A DNA stretch of 64,000 bases from the human T2T-CHM13v2.0 reference genome, Homo sapiens: positions 11,936,001-12,000,000 of the forward strand of contig CP086569.2 of assembly GCA_009914755.4 (NCBI GenBank). Reading direction: 5' to 3'. This document shows, piece after piece, positions 28,101 through 44,800 of this stretch (position 1 is the first letter of the stretch; every line of letters starts with the position of its first letter). The notes under the pieces are model-generated. The model saw only the letters and a program-made list of their open reading frames with translations, was not told the DNA's origin and made no database searches. A program made the position numbers and the translations under genes.

Positions 28101-29899
28101 CGGAATGGAACGGACCCGAATGGAATGGAATGGACTCAAATGTAATGGACTCGAATGGAATCGACTGAAATATAATAGACTCGAAAGGAATGGCCTCTAG
28201 CGGAATTTATTTGAATAGAATGGAATCAAATGGAATACAATCGTATGGAATGGTATCGAATGGAATGGAATCGAATGGAATGTAATCAAATGGAATGAAA
28301 CGGAATTCAACATAATGGAGTAGAATGGAATGCATTGGAAAGGAGCAGAGTGGAATCGAGTGGATTGGAATCGAGTGGAATGGAATCAAAGGGAATGAAA
28401 TCGAATTGAATGGACTTGAATGGAATTGAGTCGAAGGAATTGACTCAAAAGGAATGGACTGGAACAAAAAGGAATCAAATGGACAGGAATGGAATGGAAG
28501 GGACTCGAATGGAATGGAGTCAAATGCAAACGCATCGAATGGAATGGATTCAAATGGAATGCAATTGAATGGAATAGAAAGGAAGAGAATGGAATTGAGA
28601 GTAATGGAAAGATATCGATTGGAATGAAATGGAATGGAAAGGAATTGAATGGAAAGGAATGGACTCGAAAGAAATGGATTGGAATGGAATGGTCTCCAAT
28701 GGAATGGACTGGAGTGGAATGGAATCGAATGGAAAGAAAAGAATGGAACGGAATGGAACGGAAAGGAATAGAATGTTATGGAATCCGATTGGACAGAATG
28801 GAATGGAATGCAGTTTCATGAAATGGAGTCGAATAGAGTGGCATGAAAAGGAATGGAATGGAGTGGACTCAAAAGGAATGGACTCGAAAGGAATGGAGTC
28901 GAACCAAATTGAATCAAATGGATTGGAGTCGAACAGAATGGAATGGAATGGAATGAACTCGACTGGAGTAGAGAGGAATGAAAAGGAATAGAATGGAATG
29001 TAATCAAATGGATTGCAAGTGAATGGAATCAAAAATAATAGAAAGGAATGGAGTGTAAAGGGATGATATTGAATTAAATGGAATGGAATGGAATTTAATG
29101 GAATGGAGTCGAAGGAATGGACAGGAATGTAATGAACTCCAATGGAATGGAATGGATCAAAATGGATTTGAACAGATTGGAATCGAACGGAATGGAATGC
29201 AATGAAATGGAATGGACTCGATCAGAACGGACTGGAGAGGAATGTACACAAATGGAATGGAAACGAAAGGAATGGAATGAAATGGAATGGAATGCAATGG
29301 AATTGAAAGGAACGGAATCAAATGGAATGGAATGGAATGGAATGGATTGGAATAGAATGGATTCAAATAAAATAGAATCGATTGCAATGGTATTGAATGG
29401 AAGGGACTTGAATGGAATGGAAAGCAATGGAAGATATTGGAATCGAATGGCATCGAATGAAATGGAATGGAACGGAATGGAACGGACCCGAATGGAATGG
29501 AATGGACTCAAATGTAATGGACTCGAATGGAATCGACTGAAATATAATAGACTCGAAAGGAATGGCCTCGAGCGGAATTTATTTGAATAGAATGGAATAA
29601 AATGGAGTACAATCGTATGGAATGGAATCGATTGGAATGGAATCGAATGGAATGTAATCAAATGGAATGGAACGGAATTCAATATAATGGAGTAGAATGG
29701 AATGCATTGGAAAGGAGCAGAGTGGAATCGAGTGGATTGGAATCGAGTGGAATGGAATCAAAGGGAACGAAATCGAATTGAATGGACTTGAATGGAATTG
29801 AGTCGAAAGGAATTGACTTGAAAGGAATGGACTGGAACAAAAAGGAATCAAATGGAGAGGAATGGAATGGAATGGACTCGAATGGAATGGAGTCAAATG

Positions 29900-32800
29900 C
29901 AAACGCATCGAATGGAATGGATTCAAATGGAATGCAATTGAATGGAATAGAAAGGAAGAGAATGGAATTGAGAGTAATGGAAAGATATCGATTGGAATGA
30001 AATGGAATGGAAAGGAATTGAATGGAAAGGAATGGACTCGAAAGAAATGGATTGGAATGGAATGGTCTCCAATGGAATGGACTGGAGTGGAATGCAATCG
30101 AATGGAAAGAAAAGAATGGAACGGAATGGAACGGAAAGGAATAGAATGTTATGGAATCCGATTGAACAGAATGGAATGGAATGCAGTTTCATGAAATGGA
30201 GTCGAATATAGTGGCATCAAAAGGAATGGAATGGAATGGACTCAAAAGGAATGGACTCGAAAGGAATGGAGTCGAACCAAATTGAATCAAATGGATTGGA
30301 GTCGAACAGAATGGAATGGAATGGAATGAACTCGACTGGAGTAGAGAGGAATGAAAAGGAATAGAATGGAATGTAATCAAATGGATTGCAAGTGAATGGA
30401 ATCAAAAATAATAGAAAGGAATGGAGTGTAAAGGGATGATATTGAATTAAATGGAATGGAATGGAATTTAATGGAATGGAGTCGAATGAATGGACAGGAA
30501 TGTAATGGACTCCAATGGAATGGAATGGATCAAAATGGATTTGAACAGATTGGAATCGAACGGAATGGAATGCAATGAAATGGAATGGACTCGATCAGAA
30601 CGGACTGGAGAGGAATGTACACAAATGGAATGAAAACGAAAGGAATGGAATGAAATGGAATGGAATGCAATGGAATTGAAAGGAACGGAATCAAATGGAA
30701 TGGAATGGAATGGAATGGATTGGAATAGAATGGATTCAAATAAAATAGAATCGATTGCAATGGTATTGAATGGAAGGGACTTGAATGGAATGGAAAGCAA
30801 TGGAAGATATTGGAATCGAATGGCATCGAATGAAATTGAATGGAACGGAATGGAACGGACCCGAATGGAATGGAATGGACTCAAATGTAATGGACTCGAT
30901 TGGAATCGACTGAAATATAATAGACTCGAAAGGAATGGCCTCGAGCGGAATTTATTTGAATAGAATGGAATCAAATGGAATACAATAGTATAGAATGGAA
31001 TCGAATGGAATGGAATCGAATGGAATGTAATCAAATGGAATGGAACGGAATTCAATATAATGGAGTAGAATGGAATGCATTGGAAAGGAGCAGAGTGGAA
31101 TCGAGTGGATTGGAATCGAGTGGAATGGAATCAAAGGGAACGAAATCGAATTGAATGGACTTGAATGGAATTGAGTCGAAAGGAATTGACTCGAAAGGAA
31201 TGGACTGGAACAAAAAGGAATCAAATGGAGAGGAATGGAATGGAATGGACTCGAATGGAATGGAGTCAAATGCAAACGCATCGAATGGAATGGATTCAAA
31301 TGGAATGCAATTGAATGGAATAGAAAGGAAGAGAATGGAATTGAGAGTAATGGAAAGATATCGATTGGAATGAAATGGAATGGAAAGGAATTGAATGGAA
31401 AGGAATGGACTCGAAAGAAATGGATTGGAATGGAATGGTCTCCAATGGAATGGACTGGAGTGGAATGCAATCGAATGGAAAGAAAAGAATGGAACGGAAT
31501 GGAATGGAAAGGAACAGAATGTTATGGATTCCGATTGAACAGAATGGAATGGAATGCAGTTTCATGAAATGGAGTCGAATAGAGTGGCATGAAAAGGAAT
31601 GGAATGGAGTGGACTCAAAAGGAATGGACTCGAAAGGAATGGAGTCGAACCAAATTGAATCAAATGGATTGGAGTCGAACAGAATGGAATGGAATGGAAT
31701 GAACTCGACTGGAGTAGAGAGGAATGAAAAGGAATAGAATGGAATGTAATCAAATGGATTGCAAGTGAATGGAATCAAAAATAATAGAAAGGAATGGAGT
31801 GTAAAGGGATGATATTGAATTAAATGGAATGGAATGGAATTTAATGGAATGGAGTCGAAGGAATGGACAGGAATGTAATGGACTCCAATGGAATGGAATG
31901 GATCAAAATGGATTTGAACAGATTGGAATCGAACGGAATGGAATGCAATGAAATGGAATGGACTCGATCAGAACGGACTGGAGAGGAATGTACACAAATG
32001 GAATGGAAACGAAAGGAATGGAATGAAATGGAATGGAATGCAACGGAATTGAAAGGAACGGAATCAAATGGAATGGAATGGAATGGAATGGATTGGAATA
32101 GAATGGATTCAAATAAAATAGAATCGATTGCAATGGTATTGAATGGAAGGGACTTGAATGGAATGGAAAGCAATGGAAGATATTGGAATCGAATGGCATC
32201 GAATGAAATGGAATGGAACGGAATGGAACGGACCCGAATGGAATGGAATGGACTCAAATGTAATGGACTCGAATGGAATCGACTGAAATATAATAGACTC
32301 GAAAGGAATGGCCTCGAGCGGAATTTATTTGAATAGAATGGAATCAAATGGAATACAATCGTATGGAATGGAATCGAATGGAATGGAATCGAATGGAATG
32401 TAATCAAATGGAATGGAACGGAATTCAATATAATGGAGTAGAATGGAATGCATTGGAAAGGAGCAGAGTGGAATCGAGTGGATTGGAATCGAGTGGAATG
32501 GAATCAAAGGGAACGAAATCGAATTGAATGGACTTGAATGGATTTGAGTCGAAAGGAATTGACTCGAAAGGAATGGACTGGAACAAAAAGGAATCAAATG
32601 GACAGGAATGGAATGGAAGGGACTCGAATGGAATGGAGTCAAATGCAAACGCATCGAATGGAATGGATTCAAATGGAATGCAATTGAATGGAATAGAAAG
32701 GAAGAGAATGGAATTGAGAGTAATGGAAAGATATCGATTGGAATGAAATGGAATGGAAAGGAATTGAATGGAAAGGAATGGACTCGAAAGAAATGGATTG

Positions 32801-35800
32801 GAATGGAATGGTCTCCAATGGAATGGACTGGAGTGGAATAGAATCGAATGGAAAGAAAAGAATGGAACGGAATGGAACGGAAAGGAATAGAATGTTATGG
32901 AATCCGATTGGACAGAATGGAATGGAATGCAGTTTCATGAAATGGAGTCGAATAGAGTGGCATGAAAAGGAATGGAATGGAGTGGACTCAAAAGGAATGG
33001 ACTCGAAAGGAATGGAGTCGAACCAAATTGAATCAAATGGATTGGAGTCGAACAGAATGGAATGGAATGGAGTGAACTCGACTGGAGTAGAGAGGAATGA
33101 AAAGGAATAGAATGGAATGTAATCAAATATATTGCAAGTGAATGGAATCAAAAATAATAGAAAGGAATGGAGTGTAAAGGGATGATATTGAATTAAATGG
33201 AATGGAATGGAATTTAATGGAATGGAGTCGAAGGAATGGACAGGAATGTAATGGACTCCAATGGAATGGAATGGATCAAAATGGATTTGAACAGATTGGA
33301 ATCGAACGGAATGGAATGCAATGAAATGGAACGGACTCGATCAGAACGGACTGGAGAGGAATGTACACAAATGGAATGGAAACGAAAGGAATGGAATGAA
33401 ATGGAATGGAATGCAATGGAATTGAAAGGAACGGAATCAAATGGAATGGAATGGAATGGAATGGATTGGAATAGAATGGATTCAAATAAAATAGAATCGA
33501 TTGCAATGGTATTGAATGGAAGGGACTTGAATGGAATGGAAAGCAATGGAAGATATTGGAATCGAATGGCATCGAATGAAATGGAATGGAACGGAATGGA
33601 ACGGACCGGAATGGAATGGAATGGACTCAAATGTAATGGACTCGAATGGAATCGACTGAAATATAATAGACTCGAAAGGAATGGCCTCGAGCGGAATTTA
33701 TTTGAATAGAATGGAATCAAATGGAATACAATCGTATGGAATGGAATCGAATGGAATGGAATCGAATGGAATGTAATCAAATGGAATGGAACGGAATTCA
33801 ATATAATGGAGTAGAATGGAATGCATTGGAAAGGAGCAGAGTGGAATCGAGTGGATTGGAATCGAGTGGAATGGAATCAAAGGGAACGAAATCGAATTGA
33901 ATGGACTTGAATGGAATTGAGTCGAAAGGAATTGACTCGAAAGGAATGGACTGGAACAAAAAGGAATCAAATGGACAGGAATGGAATGGAATGGACTCGA
34001 ATGGAATGGAGTCAAATGCAAACGCATCGAATGGAATGGATTCAAATGGAATGCAATTGATGGAATAGAAAGGAAGAGAATGGAATTGAGAGTAATGGAA
34101 AGATATCGATTGGAATGAAATGGAATGGAAAGGAATTGAATGGAAAGGAATGGACTCGAAAGAAATGGATTGGAATGGAATGGTCTCCAATGGAATGGAC
34201 TGGAGTGGAATGCAATCGAATGGAAAGAAAAGAATGGAACGGAATGGAACGGAAAGGAATAGAATGTTATGGAATCCGATTGAACAGAATGGAATGGAAT
34301 GCAGTTTCATGAAATGGAGTCGAATATAGTGGCATCAAAAGGAATGGAATGGAATGGACTCAAAAGGAATGGACTCGAAAGGAATGGAGTCGAACCAAAT
34401 TGAATCAAATGGATTGGAGTCGAACAGAATGGAATGGAATGGAATGAACTCGACTGGAGTAGAGAGGAATGAAAAGGAATAGAATGGAATGTAATCAAAT
34501 GGATTGCAAGTGAATGGAATAAAAAATAATAGAAAGGAATGGAGTGTAAAGGGATGATATTGAATTAAATGGAATGGAATGGAATTTAATGGAATGGAGT
34601 CGAAGGAATGGACAGGAATGTAATGGACTCCAATGGAATGGAATGGATCAAAATGGATTTGAACAGATTGGAATCGAACGGAATGGAATGCAATGAAATG
34701 GAATGGACTCGATCAGAACGGACTGGAGAGGAATGTACACAAATGGAATGGAAACGAAAGGAATGGAATGAAATGGAATGGAATGCAATGGAATTGAAAG
34801 GAACGGAATCAAATGGAATGGAATGGAATGGAATGGATTGGAATAGAATGGATTCAAATAAAATAGAATCGATTGCAATGGTATTGAATGGAAGGGACTT
34901 GAATGGAATGGAAAGCAATGGAAGATATTGGAATCGAATGGCATCGAATGAAATGGAATGGAACGGAATGGAACGGACCCGAATGGAATGGAATGGACTC
35001 AAATGTAATGGACTCGAATGGAATCGACTGAAATATAATAGACTCGAAAGGAATGGCCTCGAGCGGAATTTATTTGAATAGAATGGAATCAAATGGAATA
35101 CAATAGTATAGAATGGAATCGAATGGAATGGAATCGAATGGAATGTAATCAAATGGAATGGAACGGAATTCAATATAATGGAGTAGAATGGAATGCATTG
35201 GAAAGGAGCAGAGTGGAATCGAGTGGATTGGAATCGAGTGGAATGGAATCAAAGGGAACGAAATCGAATTGAATGGACTTGAATGGAATTGAGTCGAAAG
35301 GAATTGACTCGAAAGGAATGGACTGGAACAAAAAGGAATCAAATCGACAGGAATGGAATGGAATGGACTCGAATGGAATGGAGTCAAATGCAAACGCATC
35401 GAATGGAATGGATTCAAATGGAATGCAATTGAATGGAATAGAAAGGAAGAGAATGGAATTGAGAGTAATGGAAAGATATCGATTGGAATGAAATGGAATG
35501 GAAAGGAATTGAATGGAAAGGAATGGACTCGAAAGAAATGGATTGGAATGGAATGGTCTCCAATGGAATGGACTGGAGTGGAATGCAATCGAATGGAAAG
35601 AAAAGAATGGAACGGAATGGAATGGAAAGGAATAGAATGTTATGGATTCCGATTGAACAGAATGGAATGGAATGCAGTTTCATGAAATGGAGTCGAATAG
35701 AGTGGCATGAAAAGGAATGGAATGGAGTGGACTCAAAAGGAATGGACTCGAAAGGAATGGAGTCGAACCAAATTGAATCAAATGGATTGGAGTCGAACAG

Positions 35801-38140
35801 AATGGAATGGAATGGAATGAACTCGACTGGAGTAGAGAGGAATGAAAAGGAATAGAATGGAATGTAATCAAATGGATTGCAAGTGAATGGAATCAAAAAT
35901 AATAGAAAGGAATGGAGTGTAAAGGGATGATATTGAATTAAATGGAATGGAATGGAATTTAATGGAATGGAGTCGAAGGAATGGACAGGAATGTAATGGA
36001 CTCCAATGGAATGGAATGGATCAAAATGGATTTGAACAGATTGGAATCGAACGGAATGGAATGCAATGAAATGGAATGGACTCGATCAGAACGGACTGGA
36101 GAGGAATGTACACAAATGGAATGGAAACGAAAGGAATGGAATGAAATGGAATGGAATGCAATGGAATTGAAAGGAACGGAATCAAATGGAATGGAATGGA
36201 ATGGAATGGATTGGAATAGAATGGATTCAAATAAAATAGAATCGATTGCAATGGTATTGAATGGAAGGGACTTGAATGGAATGGAAAGCAATGGAAGATA
36301 TTGGAATCGAATGGCATCGAATGAAATGGAATGGAACGGAATGGAACGGACCCGAATGGAATGGAATGGACTCAAATGTAATGGACTCGAATGGAATCGA
36401 CTGAAATATAATAGACTCGAAAGGAATGGCCTCGAGCGGAATTTATTTGAATAGAATGGAATCAAATGGAATACAATGGTATAGAATGGAATCGAATGGA
36501 ATGGAAACGAATGGAATGTAATGAAATGGAATGGAACGGAATTCAATATAATGGAGTAGAATGGAATGCATTGGAAAGGAGCAGAGTGGAATCGAGTGGA
36601 TTGGAATCGAGTGGAATGGAATCAAAGGGAACGAAATCGAATTGAATGGACTTGAGTGGAATTGAGTCGAAAGGAATTGACTCGAAAGGAATGGACTGGA
36701 ACAAAAAGGGATCAAATGGACAGGAATGGAATGCAATGGACTCGAATGGAATGGAGTCAAATGCAAACGCATCGAATGGAATGGATTCAAATGGAATGCA
36801 ATTGAATGGAATAGAAAGGAAGAGAATGGAATTGAGAGTAATGGAAAGATATCGATTGGATTGTAATGGAATGGAAAGAAATTGAATGGAAAGGAATGGA
36901 CTCGAAAGAAATGGATTGGAATGGAATGGTCTCCAATGGAATGGACTGGAGTGGAATGCAATCGAATGGAAAGAAAAGAATGGAACGGAATGGAACGGAA
37001 AGGAATAGAATGTTATGGAATCCGATTGAACAGAATGGAATGGAATGCAGTTTCATGAAATGGAGTCGAATATAGTGGCATCAAAAGGAATGGAATGGAG
37101 TGGACTCAAAAGGAATGGACTCGAAAGGAATGGAGTCGAACCAAATTGAATCAAATGGTTTGGAGTCCAACAGAATGGAATGGAATGGAATGAACTCGAC
37201 TGGAGTAGAGAGGAATGAAAAGGAATAGAATGGAATGTAATCAAATATATTGCAAGTGAATGGAATCAAAAATAATAGAAAGGAATGGAGTGTAAAGGGA
37301 TGATATTGAATTAAATGGAATGGAATGGAATTTAATGGAATGGAGTCGAAGGAATGGACAGGAATGTAATGGACTCCAATGGAATGGAATGGATCAAAAT
37401 GGATTTGAACAGATTGGAATCGAACGGAATGGAATGCAATGAAATGGAATGGACTCGATCAGAACGGACTGGAGAGGAATGTACACAAATGGAATGGAAA
37501 CGAAAGGAATGGAATGAAATGGAATGGAATGCAATGGAATTGAAAGGAACGGATTCAAATGGAATGGAATGGAATGGAATGGATTGGAATAGAATGGATT
37601 CAAATAAAATAGAATCGATTGCAATGGTATTGAATGGAAGGGACTTGAATGGAATGGAAAGCAATGGAAGATATTGGAATCGAATGGCATCGAATGAAAT
37701 GGAATGGAACGGAATGGAACGGACCCGAATGGAATGGAATGGACTCAAAAGTAATGGACTCGAATGGAATCGACTGAAATATAATAGACTCGAAAGGAAT
37801 GGCCTCGAGCGGAATTTATTTGAATAGAATGGAATCAAATGGAATACAATCGTATGGAATGGAATCGAATGGAATCGAATGGAATGTAATCAAATGGAAT
37901 GGAACGGAATTCAATATAATGGAGTAGAATGGAATGCATTGGAAAGGAGCAGAGTGGAATCGAGTGGATTGGAATCGAGTGGAATGGAATCAAAGGGAAC
38001 GAAATCGAATTGAATGGACTTGAATGGATTTGAGTCGAAAGGAATTGACTCGAAAGGAATGGACTGGAACAAAAAGGAATCAAATGCACAGGAATGGAAT
38101 GGAAGGGACTCGAATGGAATGGAGTCAAATGCAAACGCAT
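29900..38140. repeat. Two copies of a 4118-bp super-repeat, made of three 1.37-kb units, inside the sub-HOR array.
   Basis: Exact pseudo-ORF recurrences at +4118: 30002..30211 = 34120..34329 (69 aa, identical); 30189..30380 = 34307..34498; 30468..31055 and 34586..35173 (nearly identical, both YTIVF type, RFQSSP versus RFHSSP); 30952..31470 = 35070..35588; 31296..31778 = 35414..35896 (160 aa, identical); 31375..31737 = 35493..35855. Confidence 0.7.
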
Positions 38141-38899
38141 CGAATGGAATGGATTCAAATGGAATGCAATTGAATGGAATAGAAAGGAAGAGAATGGAAT
38201 TGAGAGTAATGGAAAGATATCGATTGGAATGAAATGGAATGGAAAGGAATTGAATGGAAAGGAATGGACTCGAAAGAAATGGATTGGAATGGAATGGTCT
38301 CCAATGGAATGGACTGGAGTGGAATGGAATCGAATGGAAAGAAAAGAATGGAACGGAATGGAACGGAAAGGAATAGAATGTTATGGAATCCGATTGGACA
38401 GAATGGAATGGAATGCAGTTTCATGAAATGGAGTCGAATAGAGTGGCATCAAAAGGAATGGAATGGAGTGGACTCAAAAGGAATGGACTCGAAAGGAATG
38501 GAGTCGAACCAAATTGAATCAAATGGATTGGAGTCGAACAGAATGGAATGGAATGGAGTGAACTCGACTGGAGTAGAGAGGAATGAAAAGGAATAGAATG
38601 GAATGTAATCAAATATATTGCAAGTGAATGGAATCAAAAATAATAGAAAGGAATGGAGTGTAAAGGGATGATATTGAATTAAATGGAATGGAATGGAATT
38701 TAATGGAATGGAGTCGAAGGAATGGACAGGAATGTAATGGACTCCAATGGAATGGAATGGATCAAAATGGATTTGAACAGATTGGAATCGAACGGAATGG
38801 AATGCAATGAAATGGAACGGACTCGATCAGAACGGACAGGAGAGGAATGTACACAAATGGAATGGAAACGAAAGGAATGGAATGAAATGGAATGGAATG

Positions 38900-41800
38900 C
38901 AATGGAATTGAAAGGAACGGAATCAAATGGAATGGAATGGAATGGAATGGATTGGAATAGAATGGATTCAAATAAAATAGAATCGATTGCAATGGTATTG
39001 AATGGAAGGGACTTGAATGGAATGGAAAGCAATGGAAGATATTGGAATCGAATGGTATCGAATGAAATGGAATGGAACGGAATGGAACGGACCCGAATGG
39101 AATGGAATGGACTCAAATGTAATGGACTCGAATGGAATCGACTGAAATATAATAGACTCGAAAGGAATGGCCTCGAGCGGAATTTATTTGAATAGAATGG
39201 AATCAAATGGAATACAATAGTATGGAATGGAATCGAATGGAATGGAATCGAATGGAATGTAATCAAATGGAATGGAACGGAATTCAATATAATGGAGTAG
39301 AATGGAATGCATTGGAAAGGAGCAGAGTGGAATCGAGTGGATTGGAATCGAGTGGAATGGAATAAAAGGGAACGAAATCGAATTGAATCGACTTGAATGG
39401 AATTGAGTCGAAAGGAATTGACTCGAAAGGAATGGACTGGAACAAAAAGGAATCAAATGGATAGGAATGGAATGGAAGGGACTCGAATGGAATGGAGTCA
39501 AATGCAAACGCATCGAATGGAATGGAGTCAAATGCAAACGCATCGAATGGAATGGATTCAAATGGAATGCAATTGAATGGAATAGAAAGGAAGAGAATGG
39601 AATTGAGAGTAATGGAAAGATATCGATTGGAATGAAATGGAATGGAAAGGAATTGAATGGAAAGGAATGGACTCGAAAGAAATGGATTGGAATGGAATGG
39701 TCTCCAATGGAATGGACTGGAGTGGAATGGAATCGAATGGAAAGAAAAGAATGGAACGGAATGGAACGGAAAGGAATAGAATGTTATGGAATCCGATTGG
39801 ACAGAATGGAATGGAATGCAGTTTCATGAAATGGAGTCGAATAGAGTGGCATCAAAAGGAATGGAATGGAGTGGACTCAAAAGGAATGGACTCGAAAGGA
39901 ATGGAGTCGAACCAAATTGAATCAAATGGATTGGAGTCGAACAGAATGGAATGGAATGGAATGAACTCGACTGGAGTAGAGAGGAATGAAAAGGTATAGA
40001 ATGGATTGTAATCAAATGGATTGCAAGTGAATGGAATCAATAATAATAGAAAGGAATGGAGTGTAAAGGGATGATATTGAATTAAATGGAATGGAATGGA
40101 ATTTAATGGAATGGAGTAGAAGGAATGGACAGGAATGTAATGGACTCCTATGGAATAGAATGGATCAAAATGGATTTGAACAGATTGGAATCGAAAGGAA
40201 TGGAATGCAATGAAATGGAATGGACTCGATCAGAACGGATTGGAGAGTAATGTACACAAATGTAATGGAAACGAAAGGAATGCAATGAAAAGGAATGGAA
40301 TGCAATGGAATTGAAAGGAACGGAATCAAATGGAATGGAATGGAATGGAATGGATTGGAATAGAATGGATTCAAATAAAATAGAATCGATTGCAATGGTA
40401 TTGAATGGAAGGGACTTGAATGGAATGGAAAGGAATGGAAGATATTGGAATTGAATGGCATCGAATGAAATGGAATGGAACGGAATGGAACGGACCCGAA
40501 AGGTATGGAATGGACTCAAATGTAATGGACTCGAATGGAATCGACTGAAATATAATAGACTCGAAAGGAATGGCCTCGAGCGGAATTTATTTGAATAGAA
40601 TGGAATCAAATGGAATACAATAGTATAGAATGGAATCGAATGGAATGGAATCGAATGGAATGTAATCAAATGCAGTGGAACGGAATTCAATATAACGGAG
40701 TAGAATGGAATGCATTGGAAAGGAGCAGAGTGGAATCTAGTGTATTGGAATCGAGTGGAATGGAATCAAAGGGAACGAAATCGAATTGAATGGACTTGAA
40801 TGGAATTGAGTCGAAAGGAATTGACTCAAAAGGAATGGACTGGAACAAAAAGGAATCAAATGGACAGGAATGGAATGGAATGGACTCGAATGGAATGGAG
40901 TCAAATGCAAACCCATCGAATGGAATGGATTCAAATGGAATGCAATTGAATGGAATAGAAAGGAAGAGAATGGAATTGAGAGTAATGGAAAGATATCGAT
41001 TGGAATGAAATGGAATGGAAAGGAATTGAATGGAAAGGAATGGACTCGAAAGAAATGGATTGGAATGGAATGGTCTCCAATGGAATGGACTGGAGTGGAA
41101 TGGAATCGAATGGAAAGAAAAGAATGGAACGGAATGGAACGGAAAGGAATAGAATGTTATGGAATCCGATTGGACAGAATGGAATGGAATGCAGTTTCAT
41201 GAAATGGAGTCGAATAGAGTGGCATCAAAAGGAATGGAATGGAGTGGACTCAAAAGGAATGGACTCGAAAGGAATGGAGTCGAACCAAATTGAATCAAAT
41301 GGATTGGAGTCGAACAGAATGGAAGGGAATGGAATGAACTCGACTGGAGTAGAGAGGAATGAAAAGGAATAGAATGGATTGTAATCAAATGGATTGCAAG
41401 TGAATGGAATCAAAAATAATAGAAAGGAATGCAGTGTAAAGGGATGATATTGAATTAAATGGAATGGAATGGAATTTAATGGAATGGAGTCGAAGGAATG
41501 GACAGGAATGTAATGGACTCCAATGGAATGGAATGGATCAAAATGGATTTGAACAGATTGGAATCGAACGGAATGGAATGCAATGAAATGGAATGGACTC
41601 GATCAGAACGGACAGGAGAGGAATGTACACAAATGGAATGGAAACGAATGGAATGGAATGAAATGGAATGGAATGCGATGGAATTGAAAGGAACGGAATC
41701 AAATGGAACGGAATGGAATGGAATGGAATGGATTGGAATAGAATGGATTCAAATAAAATAGAATCGATTGCAATGGTATTGAATGGAAGGGACTTGAATG

Positions 41801-44800
41801 GAATGGAAAGCAATGGAAGATATTGGAATCGAATGGCATCGAATGAAATGGAATGGAACGGAATGGAACGGACCCGAATGGAATGGAATGGACTCAAATG
41901 TAATGGACTCGAATGGAATCGACTGAAATATAATAGACTCGAAAGGAATGCCCTCGAGCGGAATTTATTTGAATAGAATGGAATCAAATGGAATACAATA
42001 GTATGGAATGGAATCGAATGGAATGGAATCGAATGGAATGTAATCAAATGGAATGGAACGGAATTCAATATAATGGAGTAGAATGGAAAGCATTGGAAAG
42101 GAGCAGAGTGGAATCGAGTGGATTGGAATCGAGTGGAATGGAATCAAAGGGAACGAAATCGAATTGAATGGACTTGAATGGAATTGAGTCGAAAGGAATT
42201 GACTCGAAAGGAATGGACTGGAACAAAAAGGAATCAAATGGACAGGAATGGAATGGAATGGACTCGAATGGAATGGAGTCAAATGCAAACGCATCGAATG
42301 GAATGGATTCAAATGGAATGCAATTGAATGGAATAGAAAGGAAGAGAATGGAATTGAGAGTAATGGAAAGATATCGATTGGAATGAAATGGAATGGAAAG
42401 GAATTGAATGGAAAGGAATGGACTCGAAAGAAATGGATTGGAATGGAATGGTCTCCAATGGAATGGACTGGAGTGGAATGCAATCGAATGGAAAGAAAAG
42501 AATGGAACGGAATGGAACGGAAAGGAATAGAATGTTATGGAATCCGATTGGACAGAATGGAATGGAATGCAGTTTCATGAAATGGAGTCGAATAGAGTGG
42601 CATGAAAAGGAATGGAATGGAGTGGACTCAAAAGGAATGGACTCGAAAGGAATGGAGTCGAACCAAATTGAATCAAATGGATTGGAGTCGAACAGAATGG
42701 AATGGAATGGAGTGAACTCGACTGGAGTAGAGAGGAATGAAAAGGAATAGAATGGAATGTAATCAAATATATTGCAAGTGAATGGAATCAAAAATAATAG
42801 AAAGGAATGGAGTGTAAAGGGATGATATTGAATTAAATGGAATGGAATGGAATTTAATGGAATGGAGTCGAAGGAATGGACAGGAATGTAATGGACTCCA
42901 ATGGAATGGAATGGATCAAAATGGATTTGAACAGATTGGAATCGAACGGAATGGAATGCAATGAAGTGGAACGGACTCGATCAGAACGGACTGGAGAGGA
43001 ATGTACACAAATGGAATGGAAACGAAAGGAATGGAATGAAATGGAATGGAATGCAATGGAATTGAAAGGAACGGAATCAAATGGAATGGAATGGAATGGA
43101 ATGGATTGGAATAGAATGGATTCAAATAAAATAGAATCGATTGCAATGGTATTGAATGGAAGGGACTTGAATGGAATGGAAAGCAATGGAAGATATTGGA
43201 ATCGAATGGCATCGAATGAAATGGAATGGAACGGAATGGAACGGACCCGAATGGAATGGAATGGACTCAAATGTAATGGACTCGAATGGAATCGACTGAA
43301 ATATAATAGACTCGAAAGGAATGGCCTCGAGCGGAATTTATTTGAATAGAATGGAATCAAATGGAATACAATCGTATGGAATGGAATCGAATGGAATGGA
43401 ATCGAATGAAATGTAATCAAATGGAATGGAACGGAATTCAATATAATGGAGTAGAATGGAATGCATTGGAAAGGAGCAGAGTGGAATCGAGTGGAATGGA
43501 ATCAAAGGGAACGAAATCGAATTGAATGGACTTGAATGGAATTGAGTCGAAAGGAATTGACTCGAAAGGAATGGACTGGAACAAAAAGGAATCAAATGGA
43601 CAGGAATGGAATGGAAGGGACTCGAATGGAATGGAGTCAAATGCAAACGCATCGAATGGAATGGATTCAAATGGAATGCAATTGAATGGAATAGAAAGGA
43701 AGAGAATGGAATTGAGAGTAATGGAAAGATATCGATTGGAATGAAATGGAATGGAAAGGAATTGAATGGAAAGGAATGGACTCGAAAGAAATGGATTGGA
43801 ATGGAATGGTCTCCAATGGAATGGACTGGAGTGGAATGGAATCGAATGGAAAGAAAAGAATGGAACGGAATGGAACGGAAAGGAATAGAATGTTATGGAA
43901 TCCGATTGGACAGAATGGAATGGAATGCAGTTTCATGAAATGGAGTCGAATAGAGTGGCATCAAAAGGAATGGAATGGAGTGGACTCAAAAGGAATGGAC
44001 TCGAAAGGAATGGAGTCGAACCAAATTGAATCAAATGGATTGGAGTCGAACAGAATGGAATGGAATGGAATGAACTCGACCGCAGTAGAGAGGAATGAAA
44101 AGGAATAGAATGGAATGTAATCAAATGGATTGCAAGTGAATGGAATCAAAAATAATAGAAAGGAATGGAGTGTAAAGGGATGATATTGAATTAAATGGAA
44201 TGGAATGGAATTTAATGGAATGGAGTCGAAGGAATGGACAGGAATGTAATGGACTCCAATGGAATGGAATGGATCAAAATGGATTTGAACAGATTGGAAT
44301 CGAACGGAATGGAATGCAATGAAATGGAACGGACTCGATCAGAACGGACTGGAGAGGAATGTACACAAATGGAATGGAAACGAAAGGAATGGAATGAAAT
44401 GGAATGGAATGCAATGGAATTGAAAGGAACGGAATCAAATGGAATGGAATGGAATGGAATGGATTGGAATAGAATGGATTCAAATAAAATAGAATCGATT
44501 GCAATGGTATTGAATGGAAGGGACTTGAATGGAATGGAAAGCAATGGAAGATATTGGAATCGAATGGCATCGAATGAAATGGAATGGAACGGAATGGAAC
44601 GGACCCGAATGGAATGGAATGGACTCAAATGTAATGGACTCGAATGGAATCGACTGAAATATAATAGACTCGAAAGGAATGGCCTCGAGCGGAATTTATT
44701 TGAATAGAATGGAATCAAATGGAATACAATAGTATGGAATGGAATCGAATGGAATGGAATCGAATGGAATGTAATCAAATGGAATGGAACGGAATTCAAT